Shown here in pieces: positions 8,855 to 17,540 of a DNA stretch of 64,000 nt; positions within the stretch are counted from its first letter, which is position 1; each line of letters opens with the position of its first letter. The DNA is from Mycobacteriales bacterium (GTDB lineage Bacteria > Actinomycetota > Actinomycetes > JAFAQI01). Position numbers and translations under genes: made by a program. Under the pieces are notes generated by a model. That model was given only the letters and a program-made list of their open reading frames with translations. It made no database searches and was not told the origin of the DNA. Location: contig DATAUF010000002.1 in NCBI GenBank assembly GCA_036268405.1, positions 6,910 to 70,909 of the forward strand, in the 5' to 3' direction.

Positions 8855-10230
8855 CAGAGCAGCCTGGCCTTCCAGAAGTAGTTGTGCACTCCGCCCGCGG
8901 TGAAGAGCCGGCGAAACGTCACATCAACCCGTGCCCCGACCGCCAACCGCTGCGGGTCCGCGTCGGCGACCTCCAGGGCGCAGCGCCCGCCGCCGTCGAA
9001 GTCGACGACGGCACTGACCAGCGGCGGCGACGGTGAGAAAGCGAGCCGGTCGACGGTGTACGTCGCGATCGTGCCGGTGCGGTTCGCCACCGAGTACGCC
9101 GCCATCGCATCGATCGCGCCGCAGCCCTTGCACACCCGTTCAGGAGGGAGATGCACCATGCCGCAGCTCGTGCAGCGAGAGCCGGTCAGGTGGAACTTCC
9201 ACTGCTCGCCGCGGGCGCTCGGCGGCGCCGCCGGGCGATCGGGATCCGGTCGGCGCGGCGCCTCTCGCGTCAGCTGACCTCGCCAGGTGAGGGAGGTCGG
9301 GTACGAGACCGGCGCACCGGCGGCGAGCTGATCGACGACCGGCCGGCTCTGCCTGCGGCCGGCGAGCCGATCGGTCGCGCGCAGCACGAGTGCGTCGCAG
9401 CCATCGACGGCTGAGACGGCGAGGATCGTCTCGCCGGGCTTGGCCTGGTCAAGAACGGCAGCGAGCCCGATGCCAAGATCCGCTGCGCCGCAGTGCCCGA
9501 TTGGCGAACCGGTTACCTCGGCGGCGTCCGGGACGAGGGCTTGAGCGCGTTTCGCCACCCCGGTGTTCGGCGAGGTCACAACGGCGTGGTCGACCCCGGT
9601 CAGCCCGGCCGCATCGAGTGCTTGTCGCGCCGCTTGCCGGACGAGCGGCTCGTACGTCTCGAGCCCGAACCGCTCCTCCCATACCTCGGCATCGGGTCGG
9701 TCCGGAACGCGCCAGCGGTCGAGCAGTTCGGCCGTGAACGACACCACTGCGAGGACGTCGGCGATCGACTCGGCCGGATCACCGAAGAGCAAGGCGGCTG
9801 CGCCGTCGCCGCCGGCTCGTTCGTCCACCGAGCCCGGTTGGCCGATGCGGACGTCGGAGAGCAACGCGAGCCCGCCGCCGGCTAGTGCGGCACGTAACGC
9901 TGCCGTGCCTGACCGCGCCGAGCCCGCGACATCGGCGGCGAAGCAGTCAGTCGGCAGGCCGAGTGCGGCGTGGATCGCCGCGGCGTTGGTCTTGTCGAGG
10001 TAGGGCGGGGAGGTCGTCGCGAAGTAGATCGCCGAGACCGGCGCCGCGATGTCGGCGCCGAGAACGCGGCGGGCCGCCTCCACGGCCATCGTCGTCGCGT
10101 CTTCGTCGTAGCCGGCGACCACGCGGTCACCGCGACCATTGGCAGCGCCGAGCGCGGTTGCGATGTCCTCGCGCGACAACCGGTGATGGGGCAGGTACGT
10201 CGCATAGCCGACGAGGGCGAATCCGGTCAT
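8854..10230 (-). CDS. HMG-CoA synthase/KAS-III-like domain fused to DUF35 (Zn-ribbon + OB-fold)
   Basis: ATG 10230 (ATGA overlap with the thiolase stop). N-terminal 330 aa align by eye to HMGCS. C-terminus CTSCGMVHLPPERVCKGCG plus an OB-fold segment is typical of DUF35. Confidence 0.8.
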   Translation of the reverse strand: MTGFALVGYATYLPHHRLSREDIATALGAANGRGDRVVAGYDEDATTMAVEAARRVLGADIAAPVSAIYFATTSPPYLDKTNAAAIHAALGLPTDCFAADVAGSARSGTAALRAALAGGGLALLSDVRIGQPGSVDERAGGDGAAALLFGDPAESIADVLAVVSFTAELLDRWRVPDRPDAEVWEERFGLETYEPLVRQAARQALDAAGLTGVDHAVVTSPNTGVAKRAQALVPDAAEVTGSPIGHCGAADLGIGLAAVLDQAKPGETILAVSAVDGCDALVLRATDRLAGRRQSRPVVDQLAAGAPVSYPTSLTWRGQLTREAPRRPDPDRPAAPPSARGEQWKFHLTGSRCTSCGMVHLPPERVCKGCGAIDAMAAYSVANRTGTIATYTVDRLAFSPSPPLVSAVVDFDGGGRCALEVADADPQRLAVGARVDVTFRRLFTAGGVHNYFWKARLL

Positions 10231-11438
10231 GCGGCTTCGAACAGGGCGGCGATTCCCTGCCCTCCGCCGATGCACATCGTCTCCAGCGCGTAGCGGCCGC
10301 CACGGCGCCGCAGCTCGTGAAGCATCGTCGTGAGGATCCGTACGCCGGTCGCGCCGATCGGGTGGCCGAGCGAGATGCCGGACCCGTTGACGTTGAGTCG
10401 TGAGTCGACGTCGCTGAGGGCGACGCCCCAGCCCTGCAGGACCGCGAGCACCTGGACCGCGAACGCCTCGTTGACCTCGATCAGGTCGAGGTCGTCGAAG
10501 CCGATGCCGGTGCGGGCGAACAGCTTGGCCACCGCGGGCACCGGACCGATGCCCATCGTTGCCGGCTCGCAACCGACCGCTGCCCAGTCCCGCAGGAACC
10601 CGATCGGTTCGAGGCCGAGCTCGTCAAGCTTGTCCTCGGCGACCACGAGGCAAGCTGCTGCCGCATCGTTCTGCTGCGCCGCGTTGCCCGCGGTCACCAC
10701 CCCGCCACGGGTCATCGGACGGAGTCCGGCGAGGACGTCGAGGGTCGAGTCCGCCCGGACGCCCTCGTCGTGATCGAAGCTCACGGGCTCGCCCCGGCGC
10801 TGTGGCACCTCGACCGCCACCACCTCGGCGTCGAACGCGCCGTCTTTCCAGGCGGCGCTGGCGCGTTCGTGGCTGCGCAGCGCAAAGGCGTCGGCCGCTT
10901 CGCGACTGATCGCGTACTCGCGCGCGAGATTCTCGGCGGTCTCGATCATTCCGGTGATCGGCCCGAACCGCCATTCGGGCTGCGAGAGCTGCCGGCCGCG
11001 TTCGAGCCGGTCGTAGAGCGTCACGTTGCCCGAGCGGCTGCCCCACCGGGCCGTCGTCGAGACGTACTCGATGTTGCTCATGCTCTCGACGCCACCCGCG
11101 ATGACCATGTCGGCGGCACCGGTCTGCACCATCATCGCGGCGGTGATGACGGCCTGAAGTCCGCCGCCACAGCGTCGGTCGATCTGCAAACCGGGCACCG
11201 CGATGGGCAGACCTGCGTGCAGCGCGGCCCACCGTCCGATGCACGGCGCCTCGGAGTTGGCGTACGACTGGGCGATCACGACGTCGTCGATCCGCTCGGG
11301 GTCGGCGCCGGATGCTTCCACGACCGCGCTGATCACCCGGGCGGCGAGGTCGGCCGCCGGCACCGGTCGCAACGTGCCGCCGAAGCTGCCGACCGCGGTA
11401 CGCCGGGGTGCGACGATCGCCGCACGGCCGGCGCTCAC
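10227..11438 (-). CDS. Acetyl-CoA C-acyltransferase (thiolase II family)
   Basis: QIDRRCGGGLQAV nucleophile region; NGSGISLGHPIGATG and MCIGGGQGIA C-terminal motifs. GTG 11438 chosen (GTGA overlap with the upstream stop); track ORF extends to 11504. Confidence 0.9.
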   Translation of the reverse strand: MSAGRAAIVAPRRTAVGSFGGTLRPVPAADLAARVISAVVEASGADPERIDDVVIAQSYANSEAPCIGRWAALHAGLPIAVPGLQIDRRCGGGLQAVITAAMMVQTGAADMVIAGGVESMSNIEYVSTTARWGSRSGNVTLYDRLERGRQLSQPEWRFGPITGMIETAENLAREYAISREAADAFALRSHERASAAWKDGAFDAEVVAVEVPQRRGEPVSFDHDEGVRADSTLDVLAGLRPMTRGGVVTAGNAAQQNDAAAACLVVAEDKLDELGLEPIGFLRDWAAVGCEPATMGIGPVPAVAKLFARTGIGFDDLDLIEVNEAFAVQVLAVLQGWGVALSDVDSRLNVNGSGISLGHPIGATGVRILTTMLHELRRRGGRYALETMCIGGGQGIAALFEAA

Positions 11439-11659
11439 GATTCGTCTCGCCAGCGGTCCGAGCCGGGGTCGAGCAGCTTCGCGAGGTTCCCGTCCTTGAG
11501 CCACACGACCGTCTCGAGCTCGAGTGCGTCGAGATAGCGGACCCGACCGGTGCGGGTGTCCTCGAGCCGCAGCCGGGGGCCGTTCGCGTCGACATCGATG
11601 GCGACCGACACCGATGCGAACTCACTGTCGACGACGCCCGGCAGCGCGCCGCCAGTCAA
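11435..11659 (-). CDS. Hypothetical small acidic protein (74 aa)
   Basis: TTG start overlapping the beta-subunit stop (TTGA), stop overlapping the thiolase GTG. Third-codon positions almost all G/C. No recognizable motif and no cysteines. Confidence 0.55.
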   Translation of the reverse strand: MTGGALPGVVDSEFASVSVAIDVDANGPRLRLEDTRTGRVRYLDALELETVVWLKDGNLAKLLDPGSDRWRDES

Positions 11660-12168
11660 ATCAGGAAGCCCAACGTCGCGAGTGGCTTGTCGAGCCCGAC
11701 CAGCACGACCTTCTTATACGCCAGCCGGATCTCGCCATCGACGGCCCGCAGCCGGTACGTCGTGCGTCCACCCCATAGCTCGCTGCCACGGGCCTTGGAC
11801 TCGAAGAGCAGGAAGTTCGCCGCCACCTCGACCTCCGCCGTTGCGGGATCCTCGCCGATCACCTCGACGTTGGAGATCACTCGGCGCAGTTGTGACGCGG
11901 GCGCTTGTGCATAGCGCTTGCCCGTGCGCAGCTGCTTGAGCCTGGTCGAGATGCGGCTGCGGTTGTCGAAGATCACCGAGACCGTGGTGTTGGGGTCGCT
12001 GTCGGGATCGTCGGCGGGCACCCAATAGATCGCGTCGTCGGTCCACAACGACTCCCACGCGTCGTAGTCCGACTCGTCGGCATGCCGCGCCTCGCGGTAG
12101 AGGAACTGCTCGATCCGATCCCGCGTGAACGTCGGATGGTCAGTGGCGGGCGGTGCGCTGCTGATCAT
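11656..12168 (-). CDS. Aromatic-ring-hydroxylating dioxygenase beta subunit (NTF2/SnoaL-like)
   Basis: 170 aa; IEQFLYREARHADESDYDAWESLWTDDAIYWVP is typical of the beta subunit; ATGA overlap with the alpha subunit. Confidence 0.88.
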   Translation of the reverse strand: MISSAPPATDHPTFTRDRIEQFLYREARHADESDYDAWESLWTDDAIYWVPADDPDSDPNTTVSVIFDNRSRISTRLKQLRTGKRYAQAPASQLRRVISNVEVIGEDPATAEVEVAANFLLFESKARGSELWGGRTTYRLRAVDGEIRLAYKKVVLVGLDKPLATLGFLI

Positions 12169-13436
12169 GAGGCATCCATCAACGCTCGGTAGTGAGACCA
12201 GAAACCGCGCATGCCGACCTCGTCGGTCGCGCCGCCGATGGTGAACCCGTCGTCGTCGACGCTTTCGCGGTTGGTGCCCCGACTCACCTCGAGCCATTCC
12301 GGGGATCGGGCCGCGACGCCGCGCTGGTTGCGCTCGTACATCTCGGTGTCGTCGGCAAGCAACATTCCGGCTGGTCCGACCGACCCTATCGACTGAGAGA
12401 GCATCCTGCGGTTGAGCTCTCCCGAGCCGGTCAGCTGCACGGCCGTCGAGTACTGCACGCAGTCGTCGACCGCGACCGGCTGGATGTTGAAAACCTGGAT
12501 CTCGGCGACGAAGAGGTTCGGAAAGATCATGACGTGCGGGCCGCCCTCGATCATGATTCGCTCGGCGTCCTCGCCGTAGGCCGCGCGCATTGCGGCCGCA
12601 TACTCCGGCACCCGTTCCGGCGTCGTCCCGAACCATCGCATCGGCTCGGCATAGTTGCGAAACTCCGGGCGCAGGTCGTTCTCGCTGTGTCCGTTGCCGA
12701 GGTTTCGGGTGACCGCGGTCGACTTCTCGCTGTAGAGCGCACCGATCGGGCTGCCTGTCACGCCAAAGATCGAGGCGTGGACGAACTGCGGGTGATAGCC
12801 GTCGGTCTCGTTCTCGGCGAGCAGCTTCCAGTTGGCCTGCGTGCGGTGCTTGAGCCACCCGGCGGTCAGCTCCACCTTGCCCACCGGCGATAGCCGGGCA
12901 AGCCGGTCGAGCTCGCCAGCCGCGGCGCCGAGGTGATCGATCAGTGAGGGTCCGTCGGTGGCAAAGCTGCCGAACACGAATCCCTGGTACGACGCGACGC
13001 GCGGCACAGACGCCATGCGCAGGTCCAGCTTGCCCTTGCCGCCGTAGCCCTGGTGGTAGGGGTAGCCGAGCAGCTCGCCGGTGTTGCGGTAGGTCCAGCC
13101 GTGATATGGGCAACGGAACGACTTGGAGTTGCCCTTGGCCGAATCGCACACCTGGTTGCCGCGATGCGCGCAGCGGTTGAGCAGCAGGTGGACCTGTCTG
13201 TCGCTGTCTCGGGTCATGATCACGTCTTGCGTTCCGAGTGTTTTTCGGACGTAGTCGCCGGGCTCGCCGACCTCGCTGTCGTGGCCCACGAACACCCAGG
13301 TGGTATGCCAGATCTTCGCGAGTTCCTCAGTGAAGATCTCCGGGTTCGTGTAGAGCGACCCGTGCACCTGGCGCGGCCGGATGAGTTGGTCGAACCGGCT
13401 CGGCGCGGTCGTTGCGGGTTCGAGGAGTTCGGTCAC
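12165..13436 (-). CDS. Rieske [2Fe-2S] aromatic-ring-hydroxylating oxygenase alpha subunit
   Basis: CAHRGNQV...CPYHGWTY Rieske motif; ENETDGYHPQFVH mononuclear iron motif; GTG start with GGGAG 8 nt upstream. Confidence 0.93.
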   Translation of the reverse strand: MTELLEPATTAPSRFDQLIRPRQVHGSLYTNPEIFTEELAKIWHTTWVFVGHDSEVGEPGDYVRKTLGTQDVIMTRDSDRQVHLLLNRCAHRGNQVCDSAKGNSKSFRCPYHGWTYRNTGELLGYPYHQGYGGKGKLDLRMASVPRVASYQGFVFGSFATDGPSLIDHLGAAAGELDRLARLSPVGKVELTAGWLKHRTQANWKLLAENETDGYHPQFVHASIFGVTGSPIGALYSEKSTAVTRNLGNGHSENDLRPEFRNYAEPMRWFGTTPERVPEYAAAMRAAYGEDAERIMIEGGPHVMIFPNLFVAEIQVFNIQPVAVDDCVQYSTAVQLTGSGELNRRMLSQSIGSVGPAGMLLADDTEMYERNQRGVAARSPEWLEVSRGTNRESVDDDGFTIGGATDEVGMRGFWSHYRALMDAS

Positions 13437-13451
13437 TGCGGGCTCCCTGCT

Positions 13452-13470
13452 CTTTTAATAGGGATTAGAA
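13452..13470 (-). promoter_or_regulatory. AT-rich 19-nt element, copy A (TTCTAATCCCTATTAAAAG)
   Basis: Reverse complement of cttttaatagggattagaa, upstream of the Rieske operon. Half-sites TTCTAAT / ATTAAAA form an imperfect inverted repeat. Confidence 0.5.
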
Positions 13471-13497
13471 TAAGGCGGCGTCCGGTCGCTGGCAAGG

Positions 13498-15111
13498 TCA
13501 GGGCAGGTCGGGACATTCGTCGCGGTCCAGCAGGTCAGCGAGACGGAACTTCTGCACCTTGCCGGTCGGGGTTCGAGGCAAGGCGTCGAGCCGATACCAA
13601 TCCGATGGCGTCTTGTGTGGGGCGAGATGGCTCCGACAGTGCGCGGTCAACCGCTCGGCGATCCCGGGCGCGGCGTCGCCGACCGGCGTGACGATGGCGA
13701 CGACTCGTTCGCCGAGCCGCTCGTCCGCGATGCCGACCACGGCGGCGTCGGCGACCTCGGGATGGGAGAGCAGGCAGGCTTCGATCTCGACGGGGGAGAC
13801 ATTCTCGCCCCCGCGGATGATCAGCTCTTTGAGTCGTCCGGTCAGCGTGATGTAGCCCGCAGCGTCCATCGACCCAAGATCGCCGGTGTGGACGAACCCG
13901 TCAGCGTCCACCGTTGCAGCGGTGGCCTGCGGGTCGTCGAGGTAGCAGATCAGCTGCTGGTAGCCGCGGGCGCAGATCTCGCCCGGTACTCCGAGCGGCT
14001 GCACGGCACCGGTCGCCGGATTCAAGATCGCGCAGTCCACGTGAGGAAGCGGCCGGCCAACGGTGTGCAGGTGTTCGCGATGCGGATCGCCGGGTCGAGT
14101 GGCGGTCAGCACCGGCGCGAGCTCGGTCTGCCCGAACACGTTGATGACGGACGCACCGAAGGTCCGCTCGGCGGCCTCGACCATCGCCGGTGGCACGACG
14201 GACGCGCCACCGAGGATGGTGTGCAGCTGCGGCGCCGGCTCGTTCGACGCGGCCTGTGCGGCGAGCACTGCGCCGAGGATCGTGGGCACGTAGAACAGCA
14301 CGTCGGCCTGCTCATCGCGCAGCGTCGCGAGAACGCTGACCGGCTCGAACTGCTCGACGAGCACCGCAGTGCCTGCGACCCACAGCGGTCCCAGCGTCGA
14401 GATGACGCAGCCGGCGGTATGGAACATCGGCAGCGGGTTGACCGCAGTTGCACCGTGCGGGACGCCGACCGCCTCCAACGTCAGCTTCGCGACGTTGACC
14501 AGTGAGCGGTGGCGTAGCAGTACGCCTTTCGGATTGCCGGTTGTGCCCGACGTGTACTGCAGCATCACCGCCGCATCGGGGTCAGTCGGTGACCGCACGT
14601 CGAGCGAAGGGTCGATGCCGGCGGCTTGCCAGCGGTCAGCCTCGCTCAGGCTGATCACGGTGCGCAGCGCCGGGCAGTCGCGACGTACTTCTGCCGCGAC
14701 GCCTGCCATGTCGTAGTCACGGCTCCGGTCGGCATGGACCAGTACGACGGCCTTGGAGTGGGTCAGCGCGTAGGTCAGCTCGGCCCCCCGCAACGCGGGG
14801 TTGATTGCGACGAGTACGACGCCGCTGAGTGCGGCGCCGTACTGGAGCACTGGCCATTCCACGACGTTGGGTGCCCACACCGCGACTGGCTCGCCGGGCT
14901 CGGTAAGCGCGGCGAGCGCGCTTGCCACCCGCTGCGCGCGCTCATAGAGCTCGCGGTAGGTCAGCCGGACAACGGAGCCGGTGCCGTGTTCGGTCCCGAC
15001 CAATGCGGGCGCGTCGGGCTGGGTCGAAGCCCGCTCGGCGAGCAGGCCGCCGACCGTGAAATCGACGAGCGGCGCGCGCTCGTCCTTCGGCCAGAACGAC
15101 GTCGTCAGCAC
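13498..15111 (-). CDS. AMP-dependent acyl-CoA synthetase/ligase (FadD-like)
   Basis: YTSGTTGNPKGV AMP-binding motif; GTG start overlapping the upstream TAG by 1 nt. Confidence 0.92.
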   Translation of the reverse strand: MLTTSFWPKDERAPLVDFTVGGLLAERASTQPDAPALVGTEHGTGSVVRLTYRELYERAQRVASALAALTEPGEPVAVWAPNVVEWPVLQYGAALSGVVLVAINPALRGAELTYALTHSKAVVLVHADRSRDYDMAGVAAEVRRDCPALRTVISLSEADRWQAAGIDPSLDVRSPTDPDAAVMLQYTSGTTGNPKGVLLRHRSLVNVAKLTLEAVGVPHGATAVNPLPMFHTAGCVISTLGPLWVAGTAVLVEQFEPVSVLATLRDEQADVLFYVPTILGAVLAAQAASNEPAPQLHTILGGASVVPPAMVEAAERTFGASVINVFGQTELAPVLTATRPGDPHREHLHTVGRPLPHVDCAILNPATGAVQPLGVPGEICARGYQQLICYLDDPQATAATVDADGFVHTGDLGSMDAAGYITLTGRLKELIIRGGENVSPVEIEACLLSHPEVADAAVVGIADERLGERVVAIVTPVGDAAPGIAERLTAHCRSHLAPHKTPSDWYRLDALPRTPTGKVQKFRLADLLDRDECPDLP

Positions 15112-15896
15112 TATTGGCCCCGAAACTGCGGGGTACGACGGGCCGCAAACGCTGCGACGCCCTCGGCGAAGTCGGCGGTGTCGAACAGTCGAGCCTGGGT
15201 CTCGACCTCGTGATCGAGGATCTCGAACCGGTCAGTGGCCGCCTGCGACAGCAGGGACTTGATCGCGGCCAAGGCGAGCGGCGGGCCGGCCGCGAGCCGG
15301 TGGGCGTCGGCGAGTGCGCTGGTCAAGGCGCTTCCGGGCTCGACCAGGGAATCGATCAGCCCAATCTCGAACGCCGCCGTTGCGGCGATCCGGCCGGGCA
15401 GCATCAACATCTGCTTCGCGGCGGCCTGCCCCAACCGGGCGGGGAGCGTGGCGAAGATGCCCATGTCACCGGCCAGACCGACGTTGGCGAATGCCGCACC
15501 GAACTGCGCGTCGGTCGCCGAGACGATGCGGTCGCACGCCAGCGCGAGCGACAGGCCGGCGCCGAGCGCGAAACCTTCGACGGCGGCGACGACCGGTGTG
15601 CCGCCGGTCCAAATCGCCCGCACCACTCGCTGCGCCGCCTCGGCCCGCGGGCGGGTGAGCTCGGGCGCCTGACGTTCCATCGTGGAGATGTCACCGCCGG
15701 CGCAGAACGTGCCGCCCGCTCCCGTGATGACGATCGCGCGGACCGCGGTGTCGGCCATGGCGGCCTCGAGGTGTTCGGCGAGCTCCACCCTCAGCGGCAA
15801 GTCGATCGCGTTCTTGACCTTGGGCCGGTTGAGCGTCAGGACTCGCACCGGCCCGTCGTCGCGCGTCAGGACTGTCGGCTCGCCCGCGTCGGTCAT
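15111..15896 (-). CDS. Enoyl-CoA hydratase/isomerase
   Basis: 261 aa; ITGAGGTFCAGGDI oxyanion motif. Confidence 0.9.
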   Translation of the reverse strand: MTDAGEPTVLTRDDGPVRVLTLNRPKVKNAIDLPLRVELAEHLEAAMADTAVRAIVITGAGGTFCAGGDISTMERQAPELTRPRAEAAQRVVRAIWTGGTPVVAAVEGFALGAGLSLALACDRIVSATDAQFGAAFANVGLAGDMGIFATLPARLGQAAAKQMLMLPGRIAATAAFEIGLIDSLVEPGSALTSALADAHRLAAGPPLALAAIKSLLSQAATDRFEILDHEVETQARLFDTADFAEGVAAFAARRTPQFRGQ

Positions 15897-15899
15897 CGG

Positions 15900-16709
15900 T
15901 TAGCGGCCGGTGAAGGTCGCGGCGCGCCGCTCGATGACAGCGTTGAGACCTTCGAGCGAGTCAGCGGTGCCCGACAGCTCAGAGACTGTCCGGGCCTCCT
16001 CGGGCAGTCGATCCTCGACCGACGCGCCGACGCCACCCCACAACAGTCGCTTGGTCGCGGCGAGCGCGAGCGGCGCCGACGCGGCGAGTGATTCGGCGAG
16101 GGCGTCGACACTCGCCGCGAGCTGGTCATCGGGGACCACCTGGGTGACGATGCCGAGGTCGAGGGCTTCACGCGCGGTGAGGGTCGGGTTGGTCAGCAGC
16201 AAGCGGGCGGCCTGTCGCAGCCCGACGATCTGGGTGAGCGTGACCGTCGTCCCTGCATCGGGCGCCATCCCGACCCGTACGGCGCCGGAGAACAGCTTCG
16301 CCGACTCTGCGGCCACGACGAGATCGGACGCGCACACCAGCCCGAAGCCGCCGCCGCCGGCGGCGTACCCGTGGACCGCCGCGATGACAGGCGCGCGCAG
16401 GTGAATCAGTGCTGCTGTCGCGAGCTGCAGCCAAGCGGTCGCCTCGCGCAGGTAGTCGGGCAGCTGCTCACCCTTGGAGGCGAACGTCTTGACGTCACCG
16501 CCGGCACAGAAGTTCTTGCCCTCGCCGGACAGCACGACGACCCGTACCCGTGGCTCACCGTGACATCGCAGGATCGCGGCATGCAGTGCCTGGAGCAGCT
16601 CAACATTCATCCCGTTGGACGCTTCGGGGCGGTTGAGCCGGAGTCGCGCGATGCCGGAAGGCCCGAGATCGAGGAGGACGGCGCCGTTGTCGATGAGTGC
16701 CTCGGACAC
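15900..16709 (-). CDS. Enoyl-CoA hydratase/isomerase
   Basis: GTG 16709 lies 1 nt after the upstream stop; LSGEGKNFCAGGDV. The track ORF's 5' extension to 16967 is Arg/Pro-rich and overlaps the upstream gene. Confidence 0.88.
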   Translation of the reverse strand: MSEALIDNGAVLLDLGPSGIARLRLNRPEASNGMNVELLQALHAAILRCHGEPRVRVVVLSGEGKNFCAGGDVKTFASKGEQLPDYLREATAWLQLATAALIHLRAPVIAAVHGYAAGGGGFGLVCASDLVVAAESAKLFSGAVRVGMAPDAGTTVTLTQIVGLRQAARLLLTNPTLTAREALDLGIVTQVVPDDQLAASVDALAESLAASAPLALAATKRLLWGGVGASVEDRLPEEARTVSELSGTADSLEGLNAVIERRAATFTGR

Positions 16710-16710
16710 G

Positions 16711-17478
16711 TCAGGTCTCCCTCGTCTTGAATGCCGCAACCGCGGCGGTGCCGGCGTCGCCCATGATGAACTCGACAACGGCGGTTCGTTCGGCCGCGAG
16801 TCCGGCTGCCAGCGGTAGCTCCGATCCGTCGTAGACGAGCTGCTTGATTCGACCCGCCGCGGCTCGGCTCGCGGCCGCGAGCCGGTCGACGAACGCGGTG
16901 GCCTCGGCCTCGAAGTCCGCGGCGGCCAGGCTTCGGTAGGCCAGCCCCCACTCCGCCGCCTGGGCACCCGTCAACCGCTCGCCACTGAGAATGACGCCGA
17001 GTGCCCGCTGCCGCCCGACCAGCCGCGCCAGGCGTTGCGTGCTGCCACCGCCAGGGATCCAGCCGAAGTTCGCGTGGTTGTCGGCGAGCTTCGCCTCGTC
17101 GCGAACCAGCGCGATGTCGCAGGCGAGCGCGAGCTCGAAGCCGCCCGCCATGGCGTAACCCTCGACGAGGGCGACGACCGGAACTGCGAGGCCGCCGATC
17201 GCTTCGCAGGCACGGCCAAAGTTCTCGAACAGCGGCTTGAGCTCGGCGTGTCCGGCTGCGATGAGGCGTTCGACCTCACCGAAGTCACCGCCGACCGAGA
17301 AGTTTCCGCCGGCCCCCCGGATGGTGATCACGTTGATTGCCGGGTCGGCGCCGAGGCTGACGAGCGCGTCGTGCAGCTGTGCGCCGAGCTCGACCGTGAC
17401 GGCGTTCATCGCCTCCGGCCGGTTGAGCACGATCCGTCCGATCGCGCCGTCGCGTTCGACCAGGACGACCGGCTTCAC
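16711..17478 (-). CDS. Enoyl-CoA hydratase/isomerase
   Basis: GTG 17478 with AAGAGG upstream (alternative GTG 17484); IRGAGGNFSVGGDF. Confidence 0.86.
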   Translation of the reverse strand: MKPVVLVERDGAIGRIVLNRPEAMNAVTVELGAQLHDALVSLGADPAINVITIRGAGGNFSVGGDFGEVERLIAAGHAELKPLFENFGRACEAIGGLAVPVVALVEGYAMAGGFELALACDIALVRDEAKLADNHANFGWIPGGGSTQRLARLVGRQRALGVILSGERLTGAQAAEWGLAYRSLAAADFEAEATAFVDRLAAASRAAAGRIKQLVYDGSELPLAAGLAAERTAVVEFIMGDAGTAAVAAFKTRET

Positions 17479-17502
17479 GACCACCTCTTGGCAAGATAGA
17501 GT

Positions 17503-17521
17503 TTCGAATCGAGGATAAAAT
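17503..17521 (+). promoter_or_regulatory. AT-rich 19-nt element, copy E (TTCGAATCGAGGATAAAAT)
   Basis: In the 62-nt divergent region between the hydratase operon and SDR 17541; followed by the leader CCAGCAGGGAGCGGCGGAGTG. Confidence 0.45.
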
Positions 17522-17540
17522 ACCAGCAGGGAGCGGCGGA

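Noticed and set aside
10624-11625. 333-aa minus-strand ORF (Arg/Pro/Gly-rich) overlapping the thiolase gene in another frame
   Set aside because: The composition is typical of off-frame translation of GC-rich coding DNA. The overlapping frame carries unmistakable thiolase motifs.
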